64,000 nt of DNA from Octopus sinensis (Eukaryota), in the NCBI RefSeq assembly GCF_006345805.1, contig NC_043005.1, positions 5,642,001-5,706,000 of the forward strand, in the 5' to 3' direction. This document shows positions 12,622-23,922 of this stretch, piece after piece. Position 1 is the stretch's first letter. Every line of letters starts with the position of its first letter. The notes below the pieces were generated by a model. The model made no database searches. It was not told the origin of the DNA and saw nothing but the letters and a program-made list of their open reading frames with translations. Made by a program: the position numbers and the translations under genes.

Positions 12622-13424
12622 TCGTTTAACGTCCGTTCTCCATGCTAGCATGGGTTGGATGGTTCGACCAGGGATCTGGGAAGCCAGAAGGCTGCACCAG
12701 GCTCTGGTCTTATCTGGCAATGTTTCTACAGCTGGATGCCCTTCCTAACGCCAACCACTCCGTGAGTGTAGTGGGTGCTTTTTACGTGCCACCTGCACTG
12801 GTGCCAGGCGAGGCTTGCATCAGCCACGGTCGGATTGGTGCATTTTATGTGCCACCTGCACGGAAGCCAGTCGAGGCGGCACTGGCTTCAACCACGATTC
12901 GGATGGTGCTTTTTATGTGCCACCAACATGGAAACCAGTCGAGGCGGCGCTGGCATCGGCCACGATTCGGATAGTGCTTTTTACATATCTCCAGTCTGCT
13001 GGGTGCCAGTCATAGGATTGGTTCAATTTCGATTCTGATTTCACTTGCCCCAACAGGTCTTCGCAAGCAAAGGGGGGTAGGCATAGGTGCCTGTCGTCGG
13101 ATGAGGTTCGATATTGACTTCGCTTGCCTCAACAGGTCTTTGTGTGTCCAAGGGAGGAAAGGCATGCATAAGTGGGCTGGACTCACTTGTCCTGCCTGGT
13201 CTTTTCACGCACAGCATATTTCCAAAGGTCTCGGTCGCTGGTCATTTCCTCAGTGAGACCTAAAGTTCGAAGGTCGTGCTTCACCACCTCGTTCCAAGTT
13301 TTCCTGGGTCTACCTCTTCCACAGGTTCCCTCCACTGCTAGGGATTGGCACTTTTTCACACACCTATCTTCATCCATTCTTACCACATGACCATACCAGC
13401 GCAATCGTCTCTCTTGCACACCAA
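12620..13424 (-). mobile_element. Young 5'-truncated RTE-clade LINE 3' end
   Basis: VQERRLRWYGHVVRMDEDRCVKK...GRGRPRKTWNEVVKHDL...RDLWKYAV (RTE C-terminus); CpG-rich 3' UTR ending gttaaacgatg at the microsatellite. Confidence 0.9.
12774..12985. repeat. 63-68-bp tandem repeat inside the RTE 3' UTR
   Basis: Units start ggtgc.tttta at 12774, 12837, 12905 and 12973. Confidence 0.8.
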
Positions 13425-13599
13425 TATATGTATATATATTGACTACACTCCACCTGTGTTCACCATTCACTGTATTCACCTCTATCCCCCATTTGTAGCA
13501 CACCTGTTCCTGCCCTTCTATCTCTACCTCAATAATTAGCAAAAAGCTACCCACCTCACTACTAACCCTCACCATCACCAACTTTGTCAAGGGTATTGA

Positions 13600-13812
13600 T
13601 TTGTGAGTCACTTGCTGACCTCCTCACTAGTGTGAGTGCTGCAAAAAAAGCATCCAGTACACTCTGCAAGGCATTAGGAAGAACATCCAGCTGTAGAAAC
13701 CATGCCAAAGCAGACACTGGAGCACGATGGACTCCTCATTAGATCCTGTTGGACCATCCAACCCATGCCAGCATAGATGACAAACATTAAATGATGATTA
13801 TAGTGATGAATG
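13600..13812 (+). mobile_element. RTE-type 3' UTR / SINE tail copy
   Basis: ggcattaggaagaacatccagctgtagaaaccatgcc...ccatccaacccatgccagcat...aaatgatgat; same tail as 6660-6822. Confidence 0.6.
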
Positions 13813-13954
13813 ATGATGCATATATGTCTAGTGTATGTACATACATGTATATATATGTGTGTGTATACACACACACACACACACACACACACATAAAAAT
13901 AACTGTTTATCTTTTCTCTGACGTTTATCTTTATTTTCAAAAAAGTAAAAAGCT

Positions 13955-14097
13955 TATGATGTCAACAACGCAGTTGATAAGCATGGGAAATTACCCATCT
14001 GCTTTCTTCAATTACCCACTATATTCATTCTGAAGATATATTTAAAAGGACAGCACTACACATTTTGCTCCTGAATGCTTCACTAAACACAACCAAA
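13955..14097 (+). promoter_or_regulatory. Proximal promoter / 5' UTR of LPMO gene A
   Basis: TGATAA (13975-13980), GGGAAATTACCC (13985-13996), TATATTTAAAAG (14037-14048); the whole stretch is identical upstream of gene B. Confidence 0.6.
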
Positions 14098-14262
14098 ATG
14101 CTGTTGGTTTATTCTAGTTTGGTGTTTTACGCTGGTTTGTTTCTGGGTGTCGAAGGTCATGGTCGACTGATGGACCCTCCTTCCCGGTCTAGTATGTGGC
14201 GTTTGGGGTTCAAGACTCCAGTCAACTATGATGATATTGAGCTATATTGTGGAGGAATGGCG
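14098..14262 (+). CDS. LPMO gene A exon 1 (signal peptide + His1 region)
   Basis: caaaATG start; ends GCG|gtattt; 55 codons. Confidence 0.93.
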
Positions 14263-16602
14263 GTATTTATTTTCTATTTGTGTTTATCGTAAATCTTTTC
14301 TTTTATCAATAATTAATTAATGTATTCAGGAAAAAGCAAATAAACATTTTTTGTTTATTCCTAAATTTGTCTCATTTTAAATTGGTGTAGACTTTGATTT
14401 TGTTTATAATTTATTCTGCCTATTCATATTATTGATAATAATATGCATACATTTGTGTTATAATTGGATTCTGTGTCTAGAATTCTTTTTTTATAATGAT
14501 AGCCAATATAAATGTTGGTTTGATGCTTGTTTGCTTTCTCCAGTCATGTTTTTATATTATATATAGAGAGAGAAAGCAAGAAAGCAAAAGATAGAGAGTG
14601 AGTTAACATAAGTGAAGCAGGATGAGTGTGCATACTAGGCTTGTTAGCAAGCAATGAGTAAAAGAATGCTACAGAGAGAGAGAGAGAGGAGTGAGAGAGA
14701 ATGGTAGAGAGAGAAGAGAGTGTATGAGTAAATAACACTAGTTATGGGAGATGTTGCACAAATGAGAAATTAATTTTGTTTAATTTTATTTTAAGGTAAC
14801 AGATATTTTCCCTTTGAAAATTAATATTCATTTCATTATTTTGTACAAACGCAAAGAAATTTGGTAAAAGTTAGATTATAATTACTGTCTGTATGCCATA
14901 TTACCCACAGCAACAAAAGTTACCCATTACAGCACGTTTTATGATGATTAATGTCATCTTTTTTTTAATCATTTCAACAGCATCAATGGACATTTAATCA
15001 TGGAAAATGTGGAATATGTGGTGATCCTCATGAAGGCCCACGAGCGAATGAAGCAGGTGGTAAATATGCAACTGGAATCATCAGTCGTTATTATCATAAA
15101 GACCAAATCATTACAGTCGATGTTGACTTGACCACCAACCATTTAGGCTGGTTTGAGTTTCGCTTATGTCCAAACAACAATGTAAAGAAACCTGCTACCC
15201 ATGAATGCCTGAACAAATATCTTCTCCGACTGGCCAATGGCAATGGAACTAGACTTTATATTGGTCAAAAAAAGGGACATATTTTTACGAAACTAAAATT
15301 ACCAGCTGGTCTTACTTGCTCTCAGTGTGTTTTCCAATGGAAATACCATACAGGTGAGATGCTGTTTGATTAAAAGTTTTGTGTGTCTGACAGTTATTGC
15401 ATTATTACTTCATTCTTCAATTCTTTAAGTCCCTTAACTCTTGCTCTGTGATGCTCACTATTGCATAATATAAAAATGCTAGTAGCAGTACTTAACCATA
15501 CCTGGGTACAAAGAAAGTTGCACTGCCCACAACATTCTCTCTGAAAAAGACATGCCTGTCATCATCATTGTTTTAACATCCACTTTTCCATCCTTGCATG
15601 GATAAGATGGAATTCATGAAGGCAGATTTTCTATAGCTGGATGCTCTTCTTGTCACTTACCTTTGCCTGTTTCTAAGCAAGATGCTATTTTTCCATGACC
15701 AGATATGTTTTCATGGAAAATTAGAAATGAATGACATTGCTTGTATGATGGTGATTGTGACACTTGTTTACAACTCTCATGCAGTATTGAAAAAAAAAAA
15801 ATAGGGAGTAAACATGCACACACTCACACACATTATATAGCCATAGAAATCTTGCCAAAGCAGACACAGCTCTCAGTGTAGTTGGATCCTGTCTAACCTA
15901 TGTCACCATGGAACATAGACATTAAATGATGATAATGATAGCCTTCTCTCATCATCATCATCATCATCATCATCATCAGTGTTTAATATAAAAACACGGC
16001 TGAAGGTGTGTATGAGGGGGGCATACAACTTGGGACTCAGTACTGGATTGACGTTTCATTTATCTATCTTGTAAAGATGGAAGGTAAAGTTGGCCTCAGT
16101 GGATTTGCATTCAAAGTACCAGAATGACTACAGCAAAGCAATTTATTTGTTGCTTTAATAATGCAGCCAGTTTACCAACTTTGTATTTTACACTATTAAA
16201 CATTTAAAATTTTAAATAATTGATTGTGCTTTTCCTTATACTTTTTTATTAGGGAACACATGGGGTGAAGGTAATAAATGTGTTGGAATGGGATGTTCAG
16301 ATGCACAAGAAGAATTCTACGGCTGTGCTGATATAGCTATTTTGAACAAAGGTGCACCAATTCCATCAACAATACGACCACGAACTCGCAGACCTCATGT
16401 CAGCACTTCAAGATCAGGCCACATGAAACATTCCACAAGCCATCGAAGACCATCAACACAAAGTCCAAGACGTTCTACAAGTGTCCCTCAAAAGTTCAAG
16501 AATTGTCACGCTATTGGTGCCTGGGCTGGTATCTATGATAATTGGTGCAAAGACTTCTGCCCAAAAGGAAGCTGCCCCAAAAATATGTGTCGTTGTGCCT
16601 GA
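14098..16602 (+). CDS. Secreted AA15-family lytic polysaccharide monooxygenase, gene A; join(14098..14262,14981..15353,16253..16602), 295 aa
   Basis: 888 nt open after GT-AG splicing (phases 0,1). Signal peptide MLLVYSSLVFYAGLFLGVEG then His1 (HGRLMDPPSRSSMWR); CGICGDP, NEAGGKYATG, second His in LTTNHLGWFEFRLC (His89), QWKYHTGNTWG, QEEFYGCADI (Glu179-x-Phe181); basic linker; 6-Cys C-terminal module. Confidence 0.95.
14981..15353 (+). CDS. LPMO gene A exon 2
   Basis: tttcaacag|CATCAATGG ... CATACAG|gtgag; 373 nt; encodes HQWTFNHGKCGICGDP...QWKYHT. Confidence 0.95.
16253..16602 (+). CDS. LPMO gene A exon 3 (catalytic C-terminus, linker, 6-Cys module)
   Basis: cttttttattag|GGAACACATGG ... TGA at 16600-16602. 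Confidence 0.93.
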
Positions 16603-16610
16603 ATTTCATA

Positions 16611-16616
16611 AATAAA
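16611..16616 (+). terminator. Candidate polyadenylation signal of gene A
   Basis: AATAAA 8 nt after the stop; the same position is conserved in gene B. Confidence 0.55.
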
Positions 16617-17517
16617 ACTTATTTCTATATCCTGTGTTGATGTATAAAGATCATGAGTTATATCCTTGATATTTAAGAACTTGATTATTAACACATTGTT
16701 AAACTCAAGTATTTTAGTACAACACAATAAATATTGATGGAATAAACTTTCATGCATATACAGAATCAGCTAAAATGTTAGCTAAGAGTTACATATTTAC
16801 AATAGCAGAAAAGCATAAATTGTATATATTTAATTTTATTGTATATAAACTGTATATAATTTAATTTTATATTTATCATGATTTAATTTGATTATTATTT
16901 TTCTTAGAAGAATACTATCAATATTCTTAAAGTGTCATCAGAATTATTGTTAAATTGATGTCATTTATAACCCAGTGTTGTGTTTTGCACACACATTGTC
17001 TATAGGAATTTCTCTCCCAAGACATTTTCTACTGTGAAAGTCTTTCCACATTTGAGTGTACATAAATGTGTTAAATATAATTGTTTACACATATATGTAT
17101 ATTATCAAGTTATGAATAATATGTAAAAGTTAAGCTTTCCTGCTATCTTACTATGTTACTATTGTTATTTTAAGCCATAGTTAGCTCTTATCAAGCAGAA
17201 CTATTAACAAAAGCATTCCAGCCATGACTAAACCATTTTTAATTCAGTTTGTCTTGGATTATATTACCCAATACCTTCTCTTTTTCTTTTAATGAAAAAA
17301 AGACACATTAAGGTATGATTTGGAGGAGATTTAAACTACTATTTCTAGCAAGTCAGGCAACTGCATTAGGCTTTCTTGTTGGTGTTTAGCTGTTTGGATG
17401 TGATGGGTGAAATCTTTTGCAATGTTTTCTTCATATTTTGAAATTAATTCCACTATATTATTACCCTGAAAGACATGGTTATAGTTAAAACAAAGCTAGA
17501 CGGGGAATTAACAGTTA

Positions 17518-18770
17518 TTATGAGGAAAATGCATCATTGGAAGAACAGCCCAATGATAGGAGATTCACCATAAAATAAGCTTTCTCTTTCAAACTGGAAG
17601 AGTTAAATATCGAGTCACTTGTTTCATTTGAAGATTCTTGTGAAATTTCATTTTCATCAATACTTGGACTATGTTTTCCATTTTTTAAATGACCTAATAG
17701 CAAACCATCTATTGTTACATAACCTTATAAGGATAAATAAAAACTATTTTTAGGTGTCAGTTCCACATAGATTTCAACTTCATCTGCTACATCGTTTATG
17801 CATTTTCATGAAGACATCAATGTATGGGTGAAAATAAAGGCAAGCAGTAAAAATGATGCAGATTCAAATTTTCTAAGTCTCTCTAATAACATTTTCAAAT
17901 TATTCTATTTTCTTTTCCTTCATGTTACATTTTCTTAGATGTTTCAATGTATGTACTAGTTGGAGTGGTGTCTTCATCTTGGTTGTTGCTTTCACCAAAA
18001 TGAGGATCCCATTCCAACTAATACATAATATGAAATTCTTCATCTCAGAAATACAGAATTGTATGTTTTGATTTCTCCTTGTATGAAAAGGAATTGTCAT
18101 TGAAAATTTCACAGAATATAAAAGTTACAGTTTTCATAAAACGTTGAAAATTTAGCAAGATATCATAAAAACACTGCTTTTACCACATTTCACCAAACCT
18201 GGCAGAGTTGTTACTTTGTCTTTCTACTGCACATTGAAACATTTCTTACTTTTCACATTCTGAGTTCAAATCTTATCAAGGTTAACTTTACCTTTCATTT
18301 TTCAGGGTCAATAAAATAAAGTACCAGTTAAGAAGTACTGAGTCAATATAATTGACTTGCCTCTCTGCCTCAAAATTTCTGACCTTATTTCAAAATTAGA
18401 AAGAATTATTATCAGGAGTATTGATATTGAATAGCCAGTGATGTATTGAATGTAGTGAACTTGACTTAGAATATGTTCTGTTTGAATTCAGTTCCATTTC
18501 ACCTATGCCAGTAATGTCTTTCAGAAAAAGGCTTTGGTGAAGGTGACAATGCCTCCATTGGATATAGTATGTCTTTTGCATATAGAGAAGAAAACAATTT
18601 ATTTCTTTGTGTTAACGGAACAAGAGGTTGATACCAGTAAACCAATTTTGCATCAGGAACTCAATATTTTGATGAAGTCTCTTTGCTTCATTTATATTTC
18701 CATTTCTTTTGAGGTAAAATGTAAATCTCATTTCAATATCATTGCTCTCACAAAAAACTTTCTGATTTTG
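17518..18770 (-). pseudogene. Unidentified decayed intronless ORF relic (old TE or pseudogene), split by a SINE
   Basis: Minus-strand frames read as protein-like text (..LEWDPHFGESNNQDEDT.., ..INDVADEVEIYVELTPK..GYVTIDGLLLGHLKNG.., ..ESNDIEMRFTFYLKRNG..) interrupted by stops explicable by C-to-T change; no family recognised. Confidence 0.3.
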
Positions 18771-19490
18771 GACCTCAAAAAGAAATCATTAGGTCAAAAG
18801 TTTTTTATACACTAATGAATAACAAGCATAAGTATAAAATCAAAGACTTCATGGTGGATGAGGCGGATATTGTCAAATATATCAATATCAATATTTAACT
18901 GGTACCTTATTTTTTTGATCTCAGAAAGATGAAAGGCAAAATCAATTTCAATAGAACTTAAACCCAGAATGTAAAGATGCTTAATAGACATTTAGTCTGG
19001 CGATCTACCATCTAATACTCTGCTAATAATACTTGTTTCTGACTTAGTCATAAAGCCATAAATTGGGAGATATCACATCCAAAAAGATAAAAGACAAAGT
19101 TGACTTCAGTGGGATTAGAACTCAGAACATAAGGAGCTGGAAGAAATAATACAAGGCCTTTTTTACCTAGCCCTTTAACAATCCTACTAATAATGATAAT
19201 AATTGTTTCTATCATAGGCTCAAGGTCTGAAAATTGGGAAAAGTATTCAGTCAATACCATAAACCCCAGTACTTGGCTTGACAACAACAACAACCTTTTC
19301 TAGTATAGGCACAAGGACTGAAGTTGTGGTGGAAGGGGATAGTCGATTACATCGACCCCAGTACTCAACAGATACTTAGTTTATTGATCTTGAAAGGATG
19401 AAAGGCAAAGTCGACCTCAGAACATAGCGACAGGCAAAATACCACTATGCATTTTGCCCAGTGTACTGATTCTGCCAGCTTGCTGACTTA
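18190..19490. mobile_element. Cluster of about 5 decayed tRNA-derived SINE copies
   Basis: One + copy at about 18190-18400 and several - copies at 18880-19490 (gatgaaaggcaaagtcgacctc, ggcacaagg.ctgaa motifs). Confidence 0.7.
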
Positions 19491-21335
19491 TCAACAACAA
19501 CAAGAACAGTAATAATAATAAAGAGCAAAAGGGTCGTTAACAGATATGGAATTAGAAGAGATAAAAAGGAAAGTAGAAGATAGAAATAATACTTCACCAA
19601 CAGTCAATGTTCCCAGTGAGAACAGAAAAACAGAAGGCTGCACTGAAGACGTAGAACAAAGTGTAAGTGTAAATGTATTCTCAGCAAATGATGCAAAAGT
19701 AATAGGAAGAGTTATATCACAAGAATACGTTGATGACCAACAAGACATAGTGAGGACCCTGAGCTGATATATTAGAGAAGACCAGGATCAAGTACCCTCC
19801 AACCTAAGATACATTGATCAATGCAAGCTCAAAGTTGAAACTGAAAAGATAATTCGATCCTTGGAGTATTCCAGATGAGAAATATAACTGAAACTAAGAA
19901 GATTATTTGGGCAGCAGCTATGATTGCTGCAGATAGAGATGAATACAAAAGAATAGAACAAGCAGAGCATAAAGAACCATACTGGCATAGGCAAATTTGT
20001 GAGAAACAAAGTTAAAAAGACATTTAGGATTGAGAAGAGGGGAATTGCAGAAGGAAAGCATATGAATAATGTTAGAAAGAGCATATAGAATAAGCGATGA
20101 CTGTTATGATGTGATATTGGAAGAATTGAAACAAAGAGTAGTAGCAATCAAAGTAAAACTGGAAAAAAGACAGTTCAGGTAAAACAGATCACTTGAAACA
20201 AATCAGAAGAAAGTGTTACAGGAACTAGATGGGCAAGTACACGTCACAATGGTACCAGATGCAGAGGAAAGCACTGCATTTTGGAAAGGGATCTGGGGCC
20301 AACCTGTAGAGCATAATGATAAAGCAGAGTGGCTGCATGAAATACACGATAGGTTAAGAAATATAGAAGTCCAAGAAAACATAAAGACATAAAGTAAGGA
20401 AATCTTGCTTGTGACAGTTAGGAATGAGGGAGTATTTAAAGCAAAGAAAAAAGGGAAAACAAAGGAAGAAGTACAAAAAGGACATGAAGAAGAATTATGC
20501 AAGAAGAGACTACACAATCAATTCCATGTAGCCACAACAGAAGTTGCTGGAAAAAATAGGTGGGATTGGCTGATGAAAGGAACCCTAAAGAAAGAGACTG
20601 AGAGCACTATACTGGCAGTGCAAAACCAAGATTTGGCCACAAACTGGAGGGTCAACCTTAGAAATGAGCAAGTGTCTCTGCTGTGCCATCTGCAATAGAG
20701 TGGATGAAACCATTGCCCATATCATGAATGAATGTCCTAGACTTGCCCAAAACCACTACAAGGTATGATGACACGACCAGGTAGTGAAAGTGCTCCATTG
20801 GAAACTGCGAAAAGTGGGGGCTTGAGAGAGGCAAGATGTGGTATGAACACAGAGAGTGGTAGAGTCAGAGACTAGCAAAATCTTCTAGGATTTCCCATTT
20901 GAAATAGAGCAGGTGTTAAAGCATAACAGACTGGACTCGGTTGTGGTGGACAAAGTGCACAGTATATGCTATATAGTTGATGTTGCATGTCCCTTTGACC
21001 CATGAATAGTCAAGAAGGAAGAAAAGATAGATAGATACAACCCACTTACGTATGAAATAGCCTGGCTATGGAAAATGAAGGTGTAGATAGTGGCAATTAT
21101 TGTTGGGTCCTTAGTAACGGTATCAGGAGGCATCAAGAGGAATATAAAGGGAATTGGAATAGAGTGCCCAGTAGAACTGTTACAAAAGGTTTGCCTCCTT
21201 GGCACGGCCAGAATAAACAGGAAAGTATTAGATAGCTGAAAAGAACAAATAGCATGGTACTGTAGGCTGCAGGTATTAAGTCCACTATGCACGCAAGACT
21301 CCAGGAGTTCCAACAAAACCTGTGATAAAGAGAAA
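19491..21335 (+). mobile_element. R4/Dong-like non-LTR retrotransposon relic (restriction-like endonuclease)
   Basis: WDWLMKGTLKKETESTILAVQNQ; KVLHWKL; ILWDFPF..DSVVVDK..CYIVDVACPFD (PD..D RLE); LLQKVCLLGTARI; flanked by AAT/AAC-rich repeats. Confidence 0.85.
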
Positions 21336-21344
21336 ATAATAACA

Positions 21345-21765
21345 ATGCTTTCTACTAAAGGCACAAGGCCTGAAATTTGAGGGGAAGGGACTAGTTGATT
21401 ACATCGACCCCAGTATATCACTGGTATTTAATTTATTGACCTCCAAAAGGATGAAAGGAAAAAATTGATCTCAGTGGAATTTGAACTCAGAATGTGAAGA
21501 TTGATGAAATGCTGTTAAGCATTTTGCCCAGCAGGCTAACAATTTTACCAGCTCACCATCTTAATAATAATAATCCTTTCTACTATAGGCACAAGGCCTG
21601 AAATTTAGTGGGAGGGGACTAGTCAATTACATTGACCCCATTGTATCACTGGTTCTTAATTTATTAACCCCTAAAGGATGAAAGGCAAAGTTAGTGTAAA
21701 GATGGATGAAATACTGCCAAGCATTGTGTCTAGCATGCTAACGATTCTGCCAGCTTGCCACCTTA
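21345..21765 (-). mobile_element. Two adjacent SINE copies
   Basis: Twice ctttctacta.aggcacaaggcctgaaattt ... ctgccagct.gccacctt, each bordered by (AAT)n. Confidence 0.7.
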
Positions 21766-21781
21766 ATAATAATAATAATAA

Positions 21782-21812
<31 letters not shown>

Positions 21813-22544
21813 AAGAATATTGCTTTGTTTATTAACTACAAGGGTTGCCAAAAAGATCAAGGATGACAAAATGCAGTGTGAGTTACATAAAAAAAGACAG
21901 AAATAACAAAACAAAAGTAAAACAAAAATAAATTTGAACAAAGAAATTATTCCTCAAAAGAGAATGACCTCCAAAGGCTATTCATGTAAGCCTCACAAAA
22001 CTATGTTTATTCTGACCACTAAGGCAAGCAACTTCTTCCAATTATCTTTCTTGAAGAAGTTAATGAGGGTCTAACTAAAGAGGAAGGTATCTGTTTTCAA
22101 CCCTTCAACCTCATCCACCTTTTTGCTAAGGGCAGATGACAGATGAAATCTGCTTGCCCTTCTTGGCCAAAGAAAGCAATAGGGCAATCTTCACAATGCA
22201 CTCAGCTGCTAGCTGAAACTGTCTACATGTGATAGCAGCCGTTTGATATAACTCCACAAGTCAGCAATGTTTGGACGTTATATGAATACAAGCAGAATGG
22301 TTTCTGTGCACATCTCAAACGGGCCTGGTTGATGGCACTGTCTCTCAATGATTTTATCTTGAACTAAAAATGCCCCAAGTAGTACTGCCAGGTTAGGGAC
22401 TTTTGGCAATTATCCATGGGTCCCTGTCTGAAAATCCTCTAGAACAGACTAGCCACAATTTTCACAAAGATCCCGATTCCCTGAGAATGTGTTACTTTTT
22501 CATGCCAGCACTATTTGAACATCTTTCCAAAGGGTTGAGTTGAG

Positions 22545-22583
<39 letters not shown>

Positions 22584-23053
22584 TAAGTTGTTTGAGAAAC
22601 ATGTAGGTAAGATGATGGCAGCATATAAATACCTAAAAGTCTCTATTAAATATGGTGATAAGATTTATCTGTTGAATTTGATAGGTAAGAAATTTATGCC
22701 TTTGTTAGAGAAGCAAAGAAATTATGAGTAAGATGAGGGATCGTTGTGAAAGAAAATGACTCACAATCTAAGAGTACCCAAGATGACTTTTGTGAAAAAC
22801 AAAATTCAAGGTTTTTAAAGCCACACAAAGAACTTTAAGATTCTCTCAGGATTTTGGTGCTAGAATTAAGAAAGTTCATTTGATTTGTGCTGATATCACT
22901 CATATCCATCAACAAATGAAATTTTCTGGAATATAAGTCAGTAGACATGGTATCAGTTGCATGGGTTCACTAGCTGTGCCAAAGATTACCAAATATGGTA
23001 ATATTTATGAAATGTAGATTTTATCAGAACCAGGAATGCAATGAGATCAAATC

Positions 23054-23922
23054 CAAGCTGTACCTTGAAATCAAGAGGACAGATCCTGTTGTCTACAGCT
23101 CTTTCCTGCAATCAGACCTGGACACAATGCAGCAATGGATCACAGACTGGCAACTGAAACTGGCTGTGGACAAGTGTACCACCATGCATTTTGGGAGAAA
23201 AAACCCTGCGTCCACATACTCCCTCCACAACACTGATATCAAGAAATCCTTTTGCGAGCGTGACCTAGGCATCACTGTCAGCAGTGATTTGCGTTGGACA
23301 AAGCATATCTCTAAAATTGTCAAGAAGGCCAAGGGTGTCTTGGCATCACTCAGCAAGACTTTTGTTAGCCGCTCTCCAGCCATCTATTTAAAACTGTATA
23401 CAGCTATGGTACGACCACACTTGGAATTCGCATCATCAGTTTGGAACCCCTATCTTGCTCAGAACATTGACCTCCTGGAATCTGTTCAGAGACGTGCAAC
23501 CAAACGCATACCCTCCATCAGACACCTACCATATACTGAGCGCCTTGTTTCCCTGGGCATGGATTCACTGAAGCTCCGGCGTCTTGCGACGGACTTGGTA
23601 AGCGCCCACAAAGTTGTCAACCACCTCACCAATAACAACACTGAACACCTTTTTGATCTCCATGTGTCTAACACACGTGGACATGCCTACAAAATCAGAA
23701 AACAACACAGCTCCCATGACTTTCGGAAACATTTCTTCACGCTCAGAGTTGCTGAAGCATGGAATAAACTGCCTGCGTCAGTTGTTGACTGCCATGACAC
23801 TGCATCCTTTAAGGCCCTCATGCTTTCCGAAATCCGTCGAAACTACACCTGATTATATATGCACTTTAGATGAATTGTAGTGCACCTGAGCACTGTACAC
23901 AATGTTTATTATTATTATTATT
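23054..23922 (+). mobile_element. 5'-truncated CR1-like LINE (RT C-terminus, (ATT)n tail)
   Basis: LQSDLDTMQQW..KCTTMHFG..ERDLGI..LYTAMVRPHLEFASSVWNP..LESVQRRATK..RRLATDL..TRGHAYK..FFTLRVAEAWNKLP; frame intact to the stop at 23852; sibling of 49025-50664. Confidence 0.92.

Noticed and set aside
12383-12622. Poly-N/poly-I and similar low-complexity ORFs (also 39365-39568, 42621-42812, 52676-53095 and His-Thr repeat ORFs)
   Set aside because: These are translations of (AAT)n, (CA)n and GA-rich tracts.
14065-14097. Upstream in-frame TTG start used by the ORF track for LPMO A (and 32677 for B)
   Set aside because: ATG 14098/32710 has caaaATG context and gives a normal 20-aa signal peptide ending V-x-G before His1; the extension would precede it with no support.
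16381-16392. RTRR as a confirmed furin cleavage site
   Set aside because: It is followed by Pro in both paralogs, which normally blocks cleavage; kept only as a caveated note in the linker finding.
9720-16602. Helitron capture or duplication of LPMO gene A
   Set aside because: The Helitron ORF decays at about 12.15 kb; no matching terminal hairpin-CTAG encloses the gene, and there is no Helitron sequence beside gene B.
22995-23852. 285-aa ORF as a host-TE fusion gene
   Set aside because: Only the first 20 or so codons are non-TE flank that happens to be in frame; the rest is a 5'-truncated CR1 RT, with no splice or promoter evidence.
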